The notes under the pieces are model-generated. The model did no database searches. It had not been told where the DNA came from and saw only the letters and a list, made by a program, of their open reading frames with translations. DNA of 64,000 nucleotides from Takakia lepidozioides (Eukaryota; Plantae; Bryophyta). Location: NCBI GenBank assembly GCA_030704615.1, contig CM060732.1, positions 52,638,001 to 52,702,000 on the forward strand, given 5' to 3'. Numbering within the stretch: position 1 is the first letter of the stretch; every line of letters starts with the position of its first letter. A program made the position numbers and the translations under genes. Positions 35,646-47,925 of the stretch are shown in pieces.

Positions 35646-38483
35646 TTCTTTTTCCTTTGAATGTGGCTAAGTTCTTTGTAACAACACTCAAGAATTGCCT
35701 GATCCCTCTGGCTCTCTCTCCATCATTGAATATGCCAGCTAACCCCACTCTTGGATTACTTAATCCTGTTGTGGTGTTGATAAGTTGCTTCTTAAAAGCA
35801 AGGAGATTGATACATACATGAAGGTTCCTAGTGCCAAACAGGATATTTGATGGTGAATTAATACATGATATTTTGTGCTAGGCCCTTTAGCAGCAGCATA
35901 ATAGAGTGTATGTGTACACCTCCTACCTCTCTTTCCTTGAATGTGGCTAAGTTATTTGTAAACAGCATCCAAGAGTTGCCTGATCCCGTTTTTCTGTTCA
36001 GAAATATTTGTCTAGGGCAAAACAGGAGAATGTAGAACGGGATGACTCATTAGGGTTCTCCCTAGTGCTAACCTAAAGCTGCTGCCCTATATATGTTTAG
36101 AAAGCATGGCCACTCCTCTCATTTGGAAGAGGAGCAGGCAAGAACTGAAGGAGCTGACTACACTATGGCTACAAGCAAGGTATTCATTCAGACTCGAGCA
36201 CTTCGATGGGCTGCTTAGTGTGGCAACACAAAGAGAGTTGACACTATGAGGAACTACCTGGACTTGACTAAGCTCTACTCTGAATCTAGGAAGACTTTTG
36301 CTCTACTCTGATTCTTTGAGTGCTTTTGCAAACCAAAGGCCTCTATGTGTCCTCTTGCTGGAGTACTTAGCTCTAGCGACACTTTCCTTTTGGGTATGGG
36401 TGCTTACTGACATGAGACCAGCCCCCACTCCCTCTGGAGCATGGGCTGAAATAGGTGCTGCTAAGTTCTGTACCTATTGTTTCACTGAATTGGCTGAAAG
36501 GACCTCCTTACCTCTCCTTTCTTTGCTAGTATGACCTGCTTTAGGGATGACATTGATAGCAAACATGAAGTGGTTTAAGCGTGGGGTTCCACAAGGATCA
36601 CTAACCTGTTGGTGTATGGGTTGGCTGTGAGGGATCCAGCTGAGGCTACTTCACCTTCCTCTAGGGCAAGAGATAGGGGCAGTGAGGCTTTAGCTCTCTC
36701 AAACCTCAAATCTGTTTTTATCCGTTGATTGTGTACACATACTACTGTTGTTTTTGCTCTGAATGGTGAAGCTTGTACCTAGATTGAAAGGAGTTAGCTT
36801 TTAGGAGAACCTAAGGCTCTTCCTACTTCTACTGTGGCTTCCTGGATACAAAAGTGAGGAGGCAGAAAGACTTCAGCCTCTAAGTGAAGCCTCACAAGTC
36901 TTCAAGTCACTTCAAGACTGCCTCACCAAAAACATGTAGACTTGTGAGGCTTAACTTAAGAGTACTTTACTTAGTCACATGAAGACTAAAGTATGTACTA
37001 AGGCTTTACTTAGACTTCAAGTAAAGTATCTCCAAAAACACCACAATCTTCACTCAAGCATTCTTCACTAACCTTCTTAAGAGCCATGTATGCACAAATC
37101 CAAAAATGAATCCAAAAATGAATGCAAATGGGTGTGCAGTGTGCTCACTTAGCCTCACTAGAAAAACGATGTGAGAACATTGATTGGTGTGCAGTGCAAT
37201 TTTTACCATAAAATACCAGCAACCTGCTCAGAAGAAGTCTAGCCCTTGTTTTAGATCTCTCCGGCGAGAAACCCAGCAGTAGTCAGGGTGTGAAGAATCC
37301 TATGTAAAGAATGCCTTCATCGTCGGCATGTATCGTTCCCAGTGGTGGGAGATTATTTTACCCTAGTGTGGACGAAATTCCTCAAAGAAAATCTGGTCAG
37401 TGTATGCGTGCCCTGCCACGAGGGGGGGCAGGGGTGGGACCACGCAGGCAGGCCTGCTGAGGCAGCATTCAACTCCCGGGCCTCTTTTATCACTTGCCCA
37501 CTTGTGGATGAGACTGAAAGTCCACTCATGCCCAATGGTTGATGACAGGACAAACAAGAAACACTTCGCGTATGGATATGCCACACAGTTGCAACAATTG
37601 CAAATCATCACAAACAAAGCACCGTGGGAGGGTTCCTCCCACCATGTTGATGTTCATTATAATATTTCGATTATACATGATGAACATCTCCCAGAGTTGA
37701 GGCCTTGGTGCTGTCTAAAATTTGGGTAAATATTTCCTTGAAATGGGCAGAATCTTGGGGCCATCGCGGGTGTTCTGACATTGAACTAAAATACCACATA
37801 CCCCAGATGGCAAGTGCTATTCTGAAATCCTTCTTTACTTGGTGTCTATCTAGCATTCAGTAACCTGGCTACCTGTAGACACGTTTGTTGTTGCAAAATG
37901 AATCTCCTTATCTTCAAAGATGTCATCGAAAAGTACAATACACATGCACCGCAAACCAACACAAGTAATGCTGGTTCTAAACATGCAGCCAAGCCTTCTT
38001 TCAAGTGTATAAACAAGTTCTGGACTTTTGAGACACATTTGGCCTGCTAATTACAAATGTATAATCAAATTTCAGAGTCTAGAACATGGCTACTTGAAAA
38101 GAGAAGGGCGAAATGCGCCATCAATCTCCGCCATAAGATATAAAATCCGTGGTGCTGGTCCTGACCACCTCCAAAGCGCTGGGCATGGCTGGATTCTATA
38201 TGTCCAGCAGCAGACTTACCCTCCCAAGAGTAAAATACAGGAATAACCGTACCTTGCCCTATCCCTGAGGAATTATCCACACACACCTTACATCACATGA
38301 GGGCGATCCAGAAAATGTCACAATTAATCGCACGTCTCGGCCGTTTCCACTCGGATTTTGAAGCAGGAACTGTCACGCGAATCATAAAAACTAAAGGAGA
38401 CAACGCCGAGGATCTGAAATCTTGAAAGCCTAAATCGGAGAACGGAAAGTGGGATACCTGCGTCCGAGGACCTGCAGGACATG

Positions 38484-38750
38484 TCAGTGAGCGGCCTGCT
38501 GCAGCTGCCGCTGCTTCTGCTGCACTTGCGCAGCCCGAAGAGCTTCTATCTCCTTCACACGCCGAAGAAACAACTCGTACTCGCACTTCTCGTACACATG
38601 CCGCTCTTCAACGCACTTCCAGGGCAGATAAAACTCCTTCAACCTGCAGGCGTTCAATGGAATCAACAACGGGGCACATCTATCCCTATACGGCAAAGGC
38701 AAGAGCTTCTTCAATACCGCCTCCCTTGTCAGCACCACCTCATCCTTCAT
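38484..38750 (-). CDS. NDUFB7: Mitochondrial complex I accessory subunit B18 (NDUFB7), single coding exon
   Basis: Twin CX9C signature YRDRCAPLLIPLNACR...YLPWKCVEERHVYEKCEYE. Confidence 0.9.
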   Translation of the reverse strand: MKDEVVLTREAVLKKLLPLPYRDRCAPLLIPLNACRLKEFYLPWKCVEERHVYEKCEYELFLRRVKEIEALRAAQVQQKQRQLQQAAH

Positions 38751-39740
38751 TTTCCTCGCCTCTCAACCCCTGCCGCCCCTCCTCGCATGTTCGCTCAACA
38801 CGACGCCATAACCGAGGTTTGGAGGCATTTTGCCTACGTGGCAGCGTTGAACTACCACTACCCGTGGACCCCCACTAGTTTAACCCTTACGTGTCAAACC
38901 CAACATATCTGTGCATGCAAAGCTGGCTTCAAAGCCTTTCGCACGCGGAACATGTCTTTGTCATCGGGCAGTGCAGAGGAGAAGACGGACACACCAACAA
39001 TGAGGGTTGCCCCTTCCGACTTGGATTTTTCAGACTGAAAATGAACTGAGTGATTTGATTTTACCAGTTCTAAGTGATTTCCTACATCTGAATTCATAGA
39101 GATATCAAAACCTAGAAGCGTCTTCTTGTCTAGCTATCTTTGGGTTGACACTTGACTGACACTTGACTCATTCCCTCAAGTTTGTGTGGTCTTTTAAATC
39201 GCGCAAGTGCACGCGACAATTAAGTGTTTTGAACAAGTGAATCTAATTTTGCGGTCCAGATACGAGTACACAATCACCATCGTCGCTTTTCTAGCCTCTG
39301 AAGATTTTCAGAGTATATCATGTGGGGAGATCGTGGAATTTGTTCATTACTGGCGATAGACGATCAAGAGGAGAAGTCCTTTGTCAAAATCACAGTGCGT
39401 GCAGTTCACGAATTTAAGATTGGACACTCTAGTTGGAAACCATGTATAATGTGTTTTATAATGATTGGCTGCATCTTCATATCGCACATCCAGATCTAGT
39501 TTATCTTCTACGGCGTGATCTCATGTAAACAGATGATCGATGGAGATCGATGTCGTGATACTGTACAGCTACACACTTGAACAGAAACCCGATATTGTAG
39601 CGGCAGACACTACGAAGCTGCCAATAAGCAGCCTGTAGCCCGGCTGCAAAGACTGTCGAAATCCGGCTCTTATGATACATTTGTGCAAAATTGACAGGCT
39701 ATCCATGCTCATGGATGCGGACGAGCTGGTAATCTAGTTC

Positions 39741-41084
39741 CTAGAACACCTTGCCGGCTGTCTTGTCCTCCACTTTCACCAGAGGTATCTGATCCCGGCG
39801 CCCTAACTGCAGAGCAATCTTCTGGTGAAACAGCGCCCCATCCTCACGTTGACTGACGGGTAATCTAAGCGAGCGTTGGATGGAGTTGTCCATATCGGCG
39901 AAGGCCCCAGCACAGTTGCGATACATCTCAAAAATCATGCCAATCTGTCCTGCATGAGAGAAAGTGCTGGCGAACGTAGCCAGTATGCTACATGCTGCGG
40001 CAACGCATGACACATGCATTCCCGGCATGAGCTCAAGCATGCTGAAAACTGCTGCAGCGGCTGTTAACGACGGGGCTGCAATAGCAAGCCTTTTGTTCTC
40101 ACGCTCTTTCTTCCTAGCCCACCCTAAATATGTTTCAATGTCTGACGTCTTGATCTTCTCTGCTGCGTATCTGAGGTCGTCCGTAATTTTCTCCGTCCAC
40201 CCATTACTGTAGTTCGCAGGGATTTCAGGTTTTGTGAGGTCCACTTCTGGACTTAGAACGGAGGGTCTTACTGTCTCGGGAAATTTCTCCAGGCCGTTGG
40301 GGATCAATGGAAGAGGGAATGCATTATCCAGGGCCTCAAGCCTAGCAATTTTAGCGTCCAGGTACAGCTGCGCATGTTCCCGCAGTCGTGGTTCTATCCT
40401 CAAAGTCGTCTCAATATCCTTTGCCAACATTTTGAAGAATCGAGCTGCTGTTCGCTGCTCTTCTGCAAGCTGCGAGGGTTGAAACTTGCTCATCAACAGC
40501 ATGATTCCTGCAGTGCCACTATTGAGAAGGAACGCTGCCAAAGACATGCTGAGGTCCTTTTCAGTCCCATTCATGGCGGCAAGCATGGCTGCTGCGATGG
40601 CGGTCATTGTCACAGTCGTGTGGCAGAGTTTGTTCCAGTTGTCTCTTTGGGTCCCGATGATAGCATGCATTTCACTTCGGTCTTCAGCAGCAAATGCGAT
40701 ATTGCGAAGTTGGGCGAGCAGCCGCGGGTCCTCCCGGCCCCATTCGTCCTTCCAGCCCTTGGCGCTTTGGTCGGATGGTGAGCGAGGCGACTTTACAGTG
40801 GAAGGGGATTGAGGAGAAGCTATGGTCGCGAATGAAGTACCCGTGTCTGTTCCAGCAATGGCACAAGGGGTGACAAAGTACTTACTGCTGGTTCGGTGGG
40901 TATGTGCAGGTTCTGAGATCCGAAGTTGTGTCAACCCTCGTCTTTGCAGCCCAGTCAGACGGGGCCGCACCAGCTGGGTTACTCTGTTGCTGGAGTCGAT
41001 ACGGCTATCATGTATCGTACCAGAGACTCCCCTCGATTGCAGGAGAGCGGAGGAGGTACTAATAGCTGCTAGGGATTCCGCCAT
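39741..41084 (-). CDS. At4g22030/PIG93-like (petal formation-expressed, Chloroplast_duf) protein, copy 1, 447 aa
   Basis: DRSEMHAIIGTQRDNWNKL, KFQPSQLAEEQRTAARFF, LDNAFPLPL..LEKFP, SNGW, GQIGMIFEMYRNCAG motifs; first ATG 41084; Ser/Thr/Arg-rich leader; no F-box visible. Confidence 0.88.
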   Translation of the reverse strand: MAESLAAISTSSALLQSRGVSGTIHDSRIDSSNRVTQLVRPRLTGLQRRGLTQLRISEPAHTHRTSSKYFVTPCAIAGTDTGTSFATIASPQSPSTVKSPRSPSDQSAKGWKDEWGREDPRLLAQLRNIAFAAEDRSEMHAIIGTQRDNWNKLCHTTVTMTAIAAAMLAAMNGTEKDLSMSLAAFLLNSGTAGIMLLMSKFQPSQLAEEQRTAARFFKMLAKDIETTLRIEPRLREHAQLYLDAKIARLEALDNAFPLPLIPNGLEKFPETVRPSVLSPEVDLTKPEIPANYSNGWTEKITDDLRYAAEKIKTSDIETYLGWARKKERENKRLAIAAPSLTAAAAVFSMLELMPGMHVSCVAAACSILATFASTFSHAGQIGMIFEMYRNCAGAFADMDNSIQRSLRLPVSQREDGALFHQKIALQLGRRDQIPLVKVEDKTAGKVF

Positions 41085-41518
41085 CCAGACAACAGCGTGC
41101 ACAAGCTTGAATTGAACCCAAGCCACTATCTGCAAGAAGAAGTAGTAGAACTGTGGTTCAAAAGATAAGTGTCCACCACAGTTTAAGAAAGGTGCAAACC
41201 GAGTGAAGGCGTCACAGTATGTGTGAGAGAGAACTTAGAGACTAGATCTATAGAGGTGAGGGGTCTGTGATTCAAAAGGGACCTCTGTCTGAACGCTGAA
41301 GAGACTAGATATGTGGAGAAAGGAAGGAGGACAGAGCGCAACAGACAGTTCCTAGGGATGATCCTGAAGTTGTTTGTGGAGAACTCAGCGGGCCATGGCC
41401 TTTTAAAGGAGAGAAGCGGCACGTCGAGAAAGGAGAGTTGGGGGTTGACCAGCGTTCCACAACGAAGCCGCACTGTGCAGTGCAGTATTCGCGGCTGGTC
41501 GCATGCCAGAAAGCGTGT
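39882..41518. repeat. 1637-bp near-identical direct repeat, partner at 45248-46884
   Basis: Offset 5366 bp; only about four substitutions seen by eye; covers most of the CDS, the 5' leader and the proximal promoter. Confidence 0.95.
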
Positions 41519-41880
41519 CGGCCGCACTTGAGTTTTCGATTTCAAGCCTCGCCTTCTCAAGGCTTGAAAGGGTGCTCTAATATAACGCCCATACTTTTCA
41601 TTGGCAAATGAATTAGTTCAAGACAGGTGTACATGGAATATTTCAGCCATATTTATAGATGAAATATGTAAATAGGATATAAATCATTGGGTCAGTAGAC
41701 TAGACAAATGCGCAAAGCATAGTAAGGCAGTGAGTGATCTTCCAGATTTTGACAACTTATTCATAATTACAATATTACATTAGGGCTTGCATGTATTCCA
41801 TGCATTTGTTGGCTCTCTTGTACAGAGAGGCTGCGCATGGTGTGAATCAAGGGAGAAAATGTGGTCGGAGGACCTTACAA

Positions 41881-41934
41881 TGTGTCAAGGCACCGATTGG
41901 TGTGTTGTGTCAAGGCACCGATTGGTGTGTTGTG
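41881..41934. repeat. 25-bp tandem duplication
   Basis: TGTGTCAAGGCACCGATTGGTGTGT twice. Confidence 0.9.
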
Positions 41935-42259
41935 CGAAGCCGTGCTCCCTAGTCTCACCTTCCTCTTATGTTTTGCAAAAGCTAGAGAGCCCATTGCTGT
42001 TCGAGGCGTGTTTTAATACATTTGTAAAAGGGGGAAGTGCCCCTTAAATTCAACGGTAAGCTTTAAATAACTGTTTGAGATATTTTAGTTGTTAGGTCAA
42101 AACACTTGGCTCAAAAATATACATGTGGGAGGCTTCATATCATGTTTGAGATATACCATGGGCATTCAAACAGCCTGTAACTATGACAAAACACTCAACT
42201 TTAGTGCGCAATTTATGTTTAAACTTGGAGCTGAAAATTAACAATGGAAGTTTAGAATT

Positions 42260-42916
42260 GGAAGATAATATGATAAGAACTTAATGCACTCACACCATCT
42301 AACAGTACTTTCGCTGGATTCCTGCAGCCTGGGCTCTTCTGGTGGGGCCCCTGTCAAATCCTCCCCACCCACCCCCCTTACCTCGGATTCACAATTAGAT
42401 GCTGAAGAATCGGAGAGGATTTCCTGATGTGGTGGGTAGCATTTTGGTAAGGTGGTTGCAGTGCAGGCGGCAAGGTTTTGGGTTGATATACGATGAGAGG
42501 CTAAGCTTATTGTACTGTAACCCAGGTACTGCTGTCCCAATCAGTGTAACCCTCTCTAGCCCCGGTCTCTCATGTAACTCTTCTTACTCCATTTTATACT
42601 TAGCCATATTTGGACAGTCAAATTGTGAGTTACACCGAGTGGAGTTACACATCGAGTCGTGTAACCCAGTGTAACCTCCGAGTGGAGTTACACATTGAGC
42701 CGTATAACCCAGCGTAACCTCCAAGTGGAGTTACACATCGAGTCGTGTAACCCCAAGTGGAGTTAAACCCATTGTGTAACCCAGCATAACTCCGACTGGA
42801 GTTTACACTCCTTCCATGTCACGGGTGGGGAAGATTTAACATGTGGAAGCCCCCCTACTATCTTGTCAGAGGTTGCACATGTGCACTAAGTTCTTACCGC
42901 ATTTCTATTATCTTCC
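42260..42916. mobile_element. Mutator-like MITE (657 bp)
   Basis: Imperfect TIRs GGAAGATAATA...TAAGAACTTA(A/G)TGCAC; degenerate 9-bp TSD TTTAGAATT / GTTAGGATT; internal ~43-bp tandem units rich in GTTACAC/GTGTAAC at about 42635-42790. Confidence 0.7.
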
Positions 42917-45106
42917 GTTAGGATTATCCATGGGTGCGGAAAATGTTTGCGGGGGTTGAAAAAACAATGATTTTATAAATGTACCATTGACATATTATGA
43001 CTTAGGGCCTAAGGCTTGAATAGTCAATGGGTTCCCCACCAATTGATGAAGGGGAGAATAACATTTTGTGTTCCGTTACTGGGTTACTTGTCAAACACAC
43101 CCATACATCAGGGATCGATCATCCTACCATCAAAAGTCAGCCCAATTGAAAATCGGAGTGTTCCCCACAGCAAGGGAAGTGTGGGTAGACTTGTTCCCAG
43201 CATGTAGGGGAAACTTCGATCTTTTGCAAGCGAGAGAGGAGAGTCAACTCGCATGGCGTAAGCTGCCAAATAGTATTCCTTCACACAAGTTTGACTAGTG
43301 CGCAACACGTTGCATGCATGCAGGAATGGAGAATGTTGAAGGTTTCAGCGAAGTCTGTGAGATCTAGTGTTTCGCAGTGTGCACCCCCGCCAATCGGCGT
43401 CTTTGTTCTGAAATTAGCGCCTCGGCCGAGCTCGCACCAGTTGAGCTGGTTATTCTGTTGCTAGTGCAGGTCTTATCGTGTAGACGAGAAGCAGGGCTGC
43501 AGGTGAATTGTAATTCTGACACAACATCCTTCGGTTGACAACACCGAGTGTCAATTGTTATCAAATCAATTCCTCTTATCAGTCAGATGCGCAGATGGTC
43601 CCAGTGGCGATCCAAACGAGGGGACCCCCCGTCTCTCCACTTCTCCGTATACGTTAAGCCGAATTCTCCTCTGATCACTTACCCAACAAGCATCTGCACA
43701 TGACAACATCCTGAGCAGTGCATTGTCTGAAAGCAAACAAACAAAACAAGCTGTGGAAGCTAAGCGGCCATGTGTCTTGAGCACGCTAACGACCTGCCAG
43801 ATCCACTGATAGACCGCATGTGAGCAGACTGTAACGCGTAAGTTGTCTACTTGGTAATAAAAAAATTATTGTGAAAGAATTGAGCTACAATATAAGCTAT
43901 TAAAATGATCTGGACCTGTGGTTTCGCCGGTTAGCGAGTCGTCAGCCCGGCGGCAAGCCAGGCATGGGCCCATCGGGAGCGCTTCCATATCTATGTACTT
44001 CAATTATATATAAGATCAACGTTTTCGAGTGCATAGGAATCTGTTACGTGGAATTCGCACGGGATATTCAAACAGTGTTGATGTATCATAGCTAGCACGG
44101 ATACGGTTGAAGAGAAATGCTCGAGATTCAATATTAAACTCGTTGCATAGCTCCGCGCGTCGTTCATTCAGCTCGTTGTGCGGGATTCAATGTGAACTCG
44201 CTTTATTACTAGTCTACATTGTGTGGATCATGGGTGTAGCAAATTTATCAAGTTTTTAACCAGTTTTGAGTCATCTACTACTTGGCTCTTGTGCCCTTCA
44301 GCATCCGCGGAGCTTGGATTGAACGAGTGAGTCCTAAGAGTGGTGTACGGAATATCAGGAACGAGAAGATGGTTCTTGGCTCATGCAAATGTCTAAAACT
44401 CAAGTAGAAAGTCTCCTGCGTCGTCTGCTACTGACGGGTGATCTGTGAACTGTATGTTACAAACTATGCTAATGTGCTTGCTCTATATATGTATTGATCC
44501 TGCGCGTGCAGCATGAACGATTCCTTAGAAGTGCCTACAGATGGGCAACCTGTAAATCATTAAATTTGACTCAAAATCATGCGCAGGTCATTGAGAGATC
44601 ATACAAACTTGTCAAAACCTCCACTGTAACGATCATGAACGCAAGGAACACATCATGAACCCCTAGAAGTACAGATATATAGAGATGCAAAGATTAAAAA
44701 CCATCCACGAGCCATCCACCTGTTGATGTATTGCTCCAGAGCTCATACAGTACTAGATCAGCGTTTGAATCTTGAAATTATGGCAACCTAGCAACACATT
44801 TTCAAAATCATGTTTAAATGCGTCACGTACATATGTTATATAAAGCAGACGAACTTGAACGAGTCTCTTTAAAGCTCTGCGAAACTTGTATTCCTGTCGT
44901 ATATTTACAATTACATGACTACCTGGATCAAGTCGATCCAAATAGTTACTGAGCTCTTTGTATCAAACGAATGCAGGCACCCTGCAGCTCATTTCTACGA
45001 TCAATCGCCTTACTTCGAGCCAAACATAATATACATGTATGTTCAAAAATGGACTTTGAGACCAGGCTAGCTAATTTGTACAAAATGAGTGTCAAGCACT
45101 TTATAT

Positions 45107-46450
45107 CTAGAAAAGCTTCCCAGCTATCTTGTCCTCCACATTCACCAAAGGCATCTGATCTCTGCGCCCAAGCCGCAGAGCAATCTTCTGGTGAAACAGC
45201 GCCGCATCCTCTCGATGGTCAATAGGCAGCCGAAGCGTCCGCTGGACGGAGTTGTCCATATCGGCGAAGGCCCCAGCACAGTTGCGATACATCTCAAAAA
45301 TCATGCCAATCTGTCCTGCATGAGAGAAAGTGCTGGCGAACGTAGCCAGTATGCTACATGCTGCGGCAACGCATGACACATGCATTCCCGGCATGAGCTC
45401 AAGCATGCTGAAAACTGCTGCAGCGGCTGTTAACGACGGGGCCGCAATAGCAAGCCTTTTGTTCTCACGCTCGTTCTTCCTAGCCCACCCTAAATATGTT
45501 TCAATGTCTGACGTCTTGATCTTCTCTGCTGCGTATCTGAGGTCGTCCGTAATTTTCTCCGTCCACCCATTACTGTAGTTCGCAGGGATTTCAGGTTTTG
45601 TGAGGTCCACTTCTGGACTTAGAACGGAGGGTCTTACTGTCTCGGGAAATTTCTCCAGGCCGTTGGGGATCAATGGAAGAGGGAATGCATTATCCAGGGC
45701 CTCAAGCCTAGCAATTTTAGCGTCCAGGTACAGCTGCGCATGTTCCCGCAGTCGTGGTTCTATCCTCAAAGTCGTCTCAATATCCTTTGCCAACATTTTG
45801 AAGAATCGAGCTGCTGTTCGCTGCTCTTCTGCAAGCTGCGAGGGTTGAAACTTGCTCATCAACAGCATGATTCCTGCAGTGCCACTATTGAGAAGGAACG
45901 CTGCCAAAGACATGCTGAGGTCCTTTTCAGTCCCATTCATGGCGGCAAGCATGGCTGCTGCGATGGCGGTCATTGTCACAGTCGTGTGGCAGAGTTTGTT
46001 CCAGTTGTCTCTTTGGGTCCCGATGATAGCATGCATTTCACTTCGGTCTTCAGCAGCAAATGCGATATTGCGAAGTTGGGCGAGCAGCCGCGGGTCCTCC
46101 CGGCCCCATTCGTCCTTCCAGCCCTTGGCGCTTTGGTCGGATGGTGAGCGAGGCGACTTTACAGTGGAAGGGGATTGAGGAGAAGCTATGGTCGCGAATG
46201 AAGTACCCGTGTCTGTTCCAGCAATGGCACAAGGGGTGACAAAGTACTTACTGCTGGTTCGGTGGGTATGTGCAGGTTCTGAGATCCGAAGTTGTGTCAA
46301 CCCTCGTCTTTGCAGCCCAGTCAGACGGGGCCGCACCAGCTGGGTTACTCTGTTGCTGGAGTCGATACGGCTATCATGTATCGTACCAGAGACTCCCCTC
46401 GATTGCAGGAGAGCGGAGGATGTACTAATAGCTGCTAGGGATTCCGCCAT
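45107..46450 (-). CDS. At4g22030/PIG93-like protein, copy 2, 447 aa
   Basis: Same motifs as copy 1; identical except one K/N change and the last ~46 residues. Confidence 0.88.
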   Translation of the reverse strand: MAESLAAISTSSALLQSRGVSGTIHDSRIDSSNRVTQLVRPRLTGLQRRGLTQLRISEPAHTHRTSSKYFVTPCAIAGTDTGTSFATIASPQSPSTVKSPRSPSDQSAKGWKDEWGREDPRLLAQLRNIAFAAEDRSEMHAIIGTQRDNWNKLCHTTVTMTAIAAAMLAAMNGTEKDLSMSLAAFLLNSGTAGIMLLMSKFQPSQLAEEQRTAARFFKMLAKDIETTLRIEPRLREHAQLYLDAKIARLEALDNAFPLPLIPNGLEKFPETVRPSVLSPEVDLTKPEIPANYSNGWTEKITDDLRYAAEKIKTSDIETYLGWARKNERENKRLAIAAPSLTAAAAVFSMLELMPGMHVSCVAAACSILATFASTFSHAGQIGMIFEMYRNCAGAFADMDNSVQRTLRLPIDHREDAALFHQKIALRLGRRDQMPLVNVEDKIAGKLF

Positions 46451-46944
46451 CCAGACAACAGCGTGCACAAGCTTGAATTGAACCCAAGCCACTATCTGCA
46501 AGAAGAAGTAGTAGAACTGTGGTTCAAAAGATAAGTGTCCACCACAGTTTAAGAAAGGTGCAAACCGAGTGAAGGCGTCACAGTATGTGTGAGAGAGAAC
46601 TTAGAGACTAGATCTATAGAGGTGAGGGGTCTGTGATTCAAAAGGGACCTCTGTCTGAACGCTGAAGAGACTAGATATGTGGAGAAAGGAAGGAGGACAG
46701 AGCGCAACAGACAGTTCCTAGGGATGATCCTGAAGTTGTTTGTGGAGAACTCAGCGGGCCATGGCCTTTTAAAGGAGAGAAGCGGCACGTCGAGAAAGGA
46801 GAGTTGGGGGTTGACCAGCGTTCCCGAACGAAGCCGCACTGTGCAGTGCAGTATTCGCGGCTGGTCGCATGCCAGAAAGCGTGTTGGCTTTTCGGTTTTT
46901 GCTGCAAAAAAAGTTGACACCAGAAAACGATTCTTCTTAAAAAC

Positions 46945-47925
46945 GGAAGATAATAGAAATGAGGTAAGATAAGAACCCAGGACTTACTGTACACGTGCAA
47001 CCTCTGACATGATGTCGGTTTTGGCATGTCAAATCTTCCCCACCCTCTCTTGAGAGTGACATGGAACGTAAACTCAGTTGGGGTTACACTGGGTTACACA
47101 ACCGGGCGTATAACTCCGTAACTTACTCATATTGGAGTGTAACTCCGCTCAATGTAACACACACTTGGTCTCGAAATTTGGCTAACTATAAAATGGACTA
47201 GGAGGAGTTACACGAGGGACTCGGGTTACAAAGGGTTAGACCGATTGGGATACTGGGTTACACTATACCGTAGAGGCCGCTCTATTTCAATGGACCCCTG
47301 CCGGAATCATTAAATACATGCAGGTGGCCGGGTCCGGCAGGCTTAATGACAATATTAATTATTTCGTTCAGGCTTCATCCAATTTTTCAGGAATTTGGCA
47401 CCCCTTGGGTACTTTTTTCATTAAATTAGGTGGACCATGTCAAGATTTACTTACAGATTCTCTGTGGCAAGTAATAATTATAATTAGCCATAACTCTCTG
47501 CCAAGCCATAGTCATGGCTAGTGGTAAATATTTTTTAATAAGTCTCAAACTTTGTTTTTATTATTTTGGAGTTACCATATTGCTACCTTTTGTTTTCAAA
47601 GTTCATCTTTTTAAGTGCAAATTATTCCCATATTTCGTCTACTCCCAGGGCGGAATTTTAAAATATTCGTTCTCTCTTAAAGTGAATTAATTAAAGACGA
47701 AATAGAGCGACCTCTAGGGGAATAGCCTCTCATCAAGAAGCAAACCCATAACCGCCTGCACAGCAATCACCTTACCAACATGCTACCCACCAGAGCATGA
47801 AACCCTCTTGGATCTTAAGCATTTAATAATGAAACGAGGGGGTGGAGAGGATTTGTCAAGAGCCGGCCAGCAGGCTGCATAAACCCGGACAGCATTAACT
47901 TCTACCTCATTAATGTAATCTGTCC
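46945..47925. mobile_element. Second, inverted and diverged copy of the Mutator-like MITE, interrupted by a nested MITE
   Basis: Starts GGAAGATAATAGAAATG; collinear with the reverse complement of 42260-42916 on both sides of the 47271-47716 insert; right end approximate. Confidence 0.65.
47271..47716. mobile_element. Nested MITE (446 bp) with 18-bp TIRs
   Basis: TAGAGGCCGCTCTATTTC ... GAAATAGAGCGACCTCTA (1 mismatch); absent from the sister copy at about 42510; terminal TA could be a Tc1/mariner-type TSD. Confidence 0.75.

Noticed and set aside
36030-37180. LTR-like composition downstream of PLD
   Set aside because: No matching TG...CA termini, TSD, PBS or PPT found
1946-38750. NDA, DYW editing factors and NDUFB7 as a mitochondrial respiratory gene cluster
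   Set aside because: Genes are far apart with unrelated genes between them, and DYW loci occur three times in this window, so co-location is unremarkable
42635-42790. Regularly spaced repeats resembling a CRISPR array
   Set aside because: Units are contiguous tandem repeats inside a MITE, with no unique spacers or cas genes, in a eukaryotic context
42260-47925. Two ~600-bp inverted repeats bracketing PIG93-like copy 2, suggesting a Pack-MULE that captured the gene
   Set aside because: The left repeat has its own TIRs and a degenerate 9-bp TSD, and the two copies are strongly diverged, so they are independent MITE insertions
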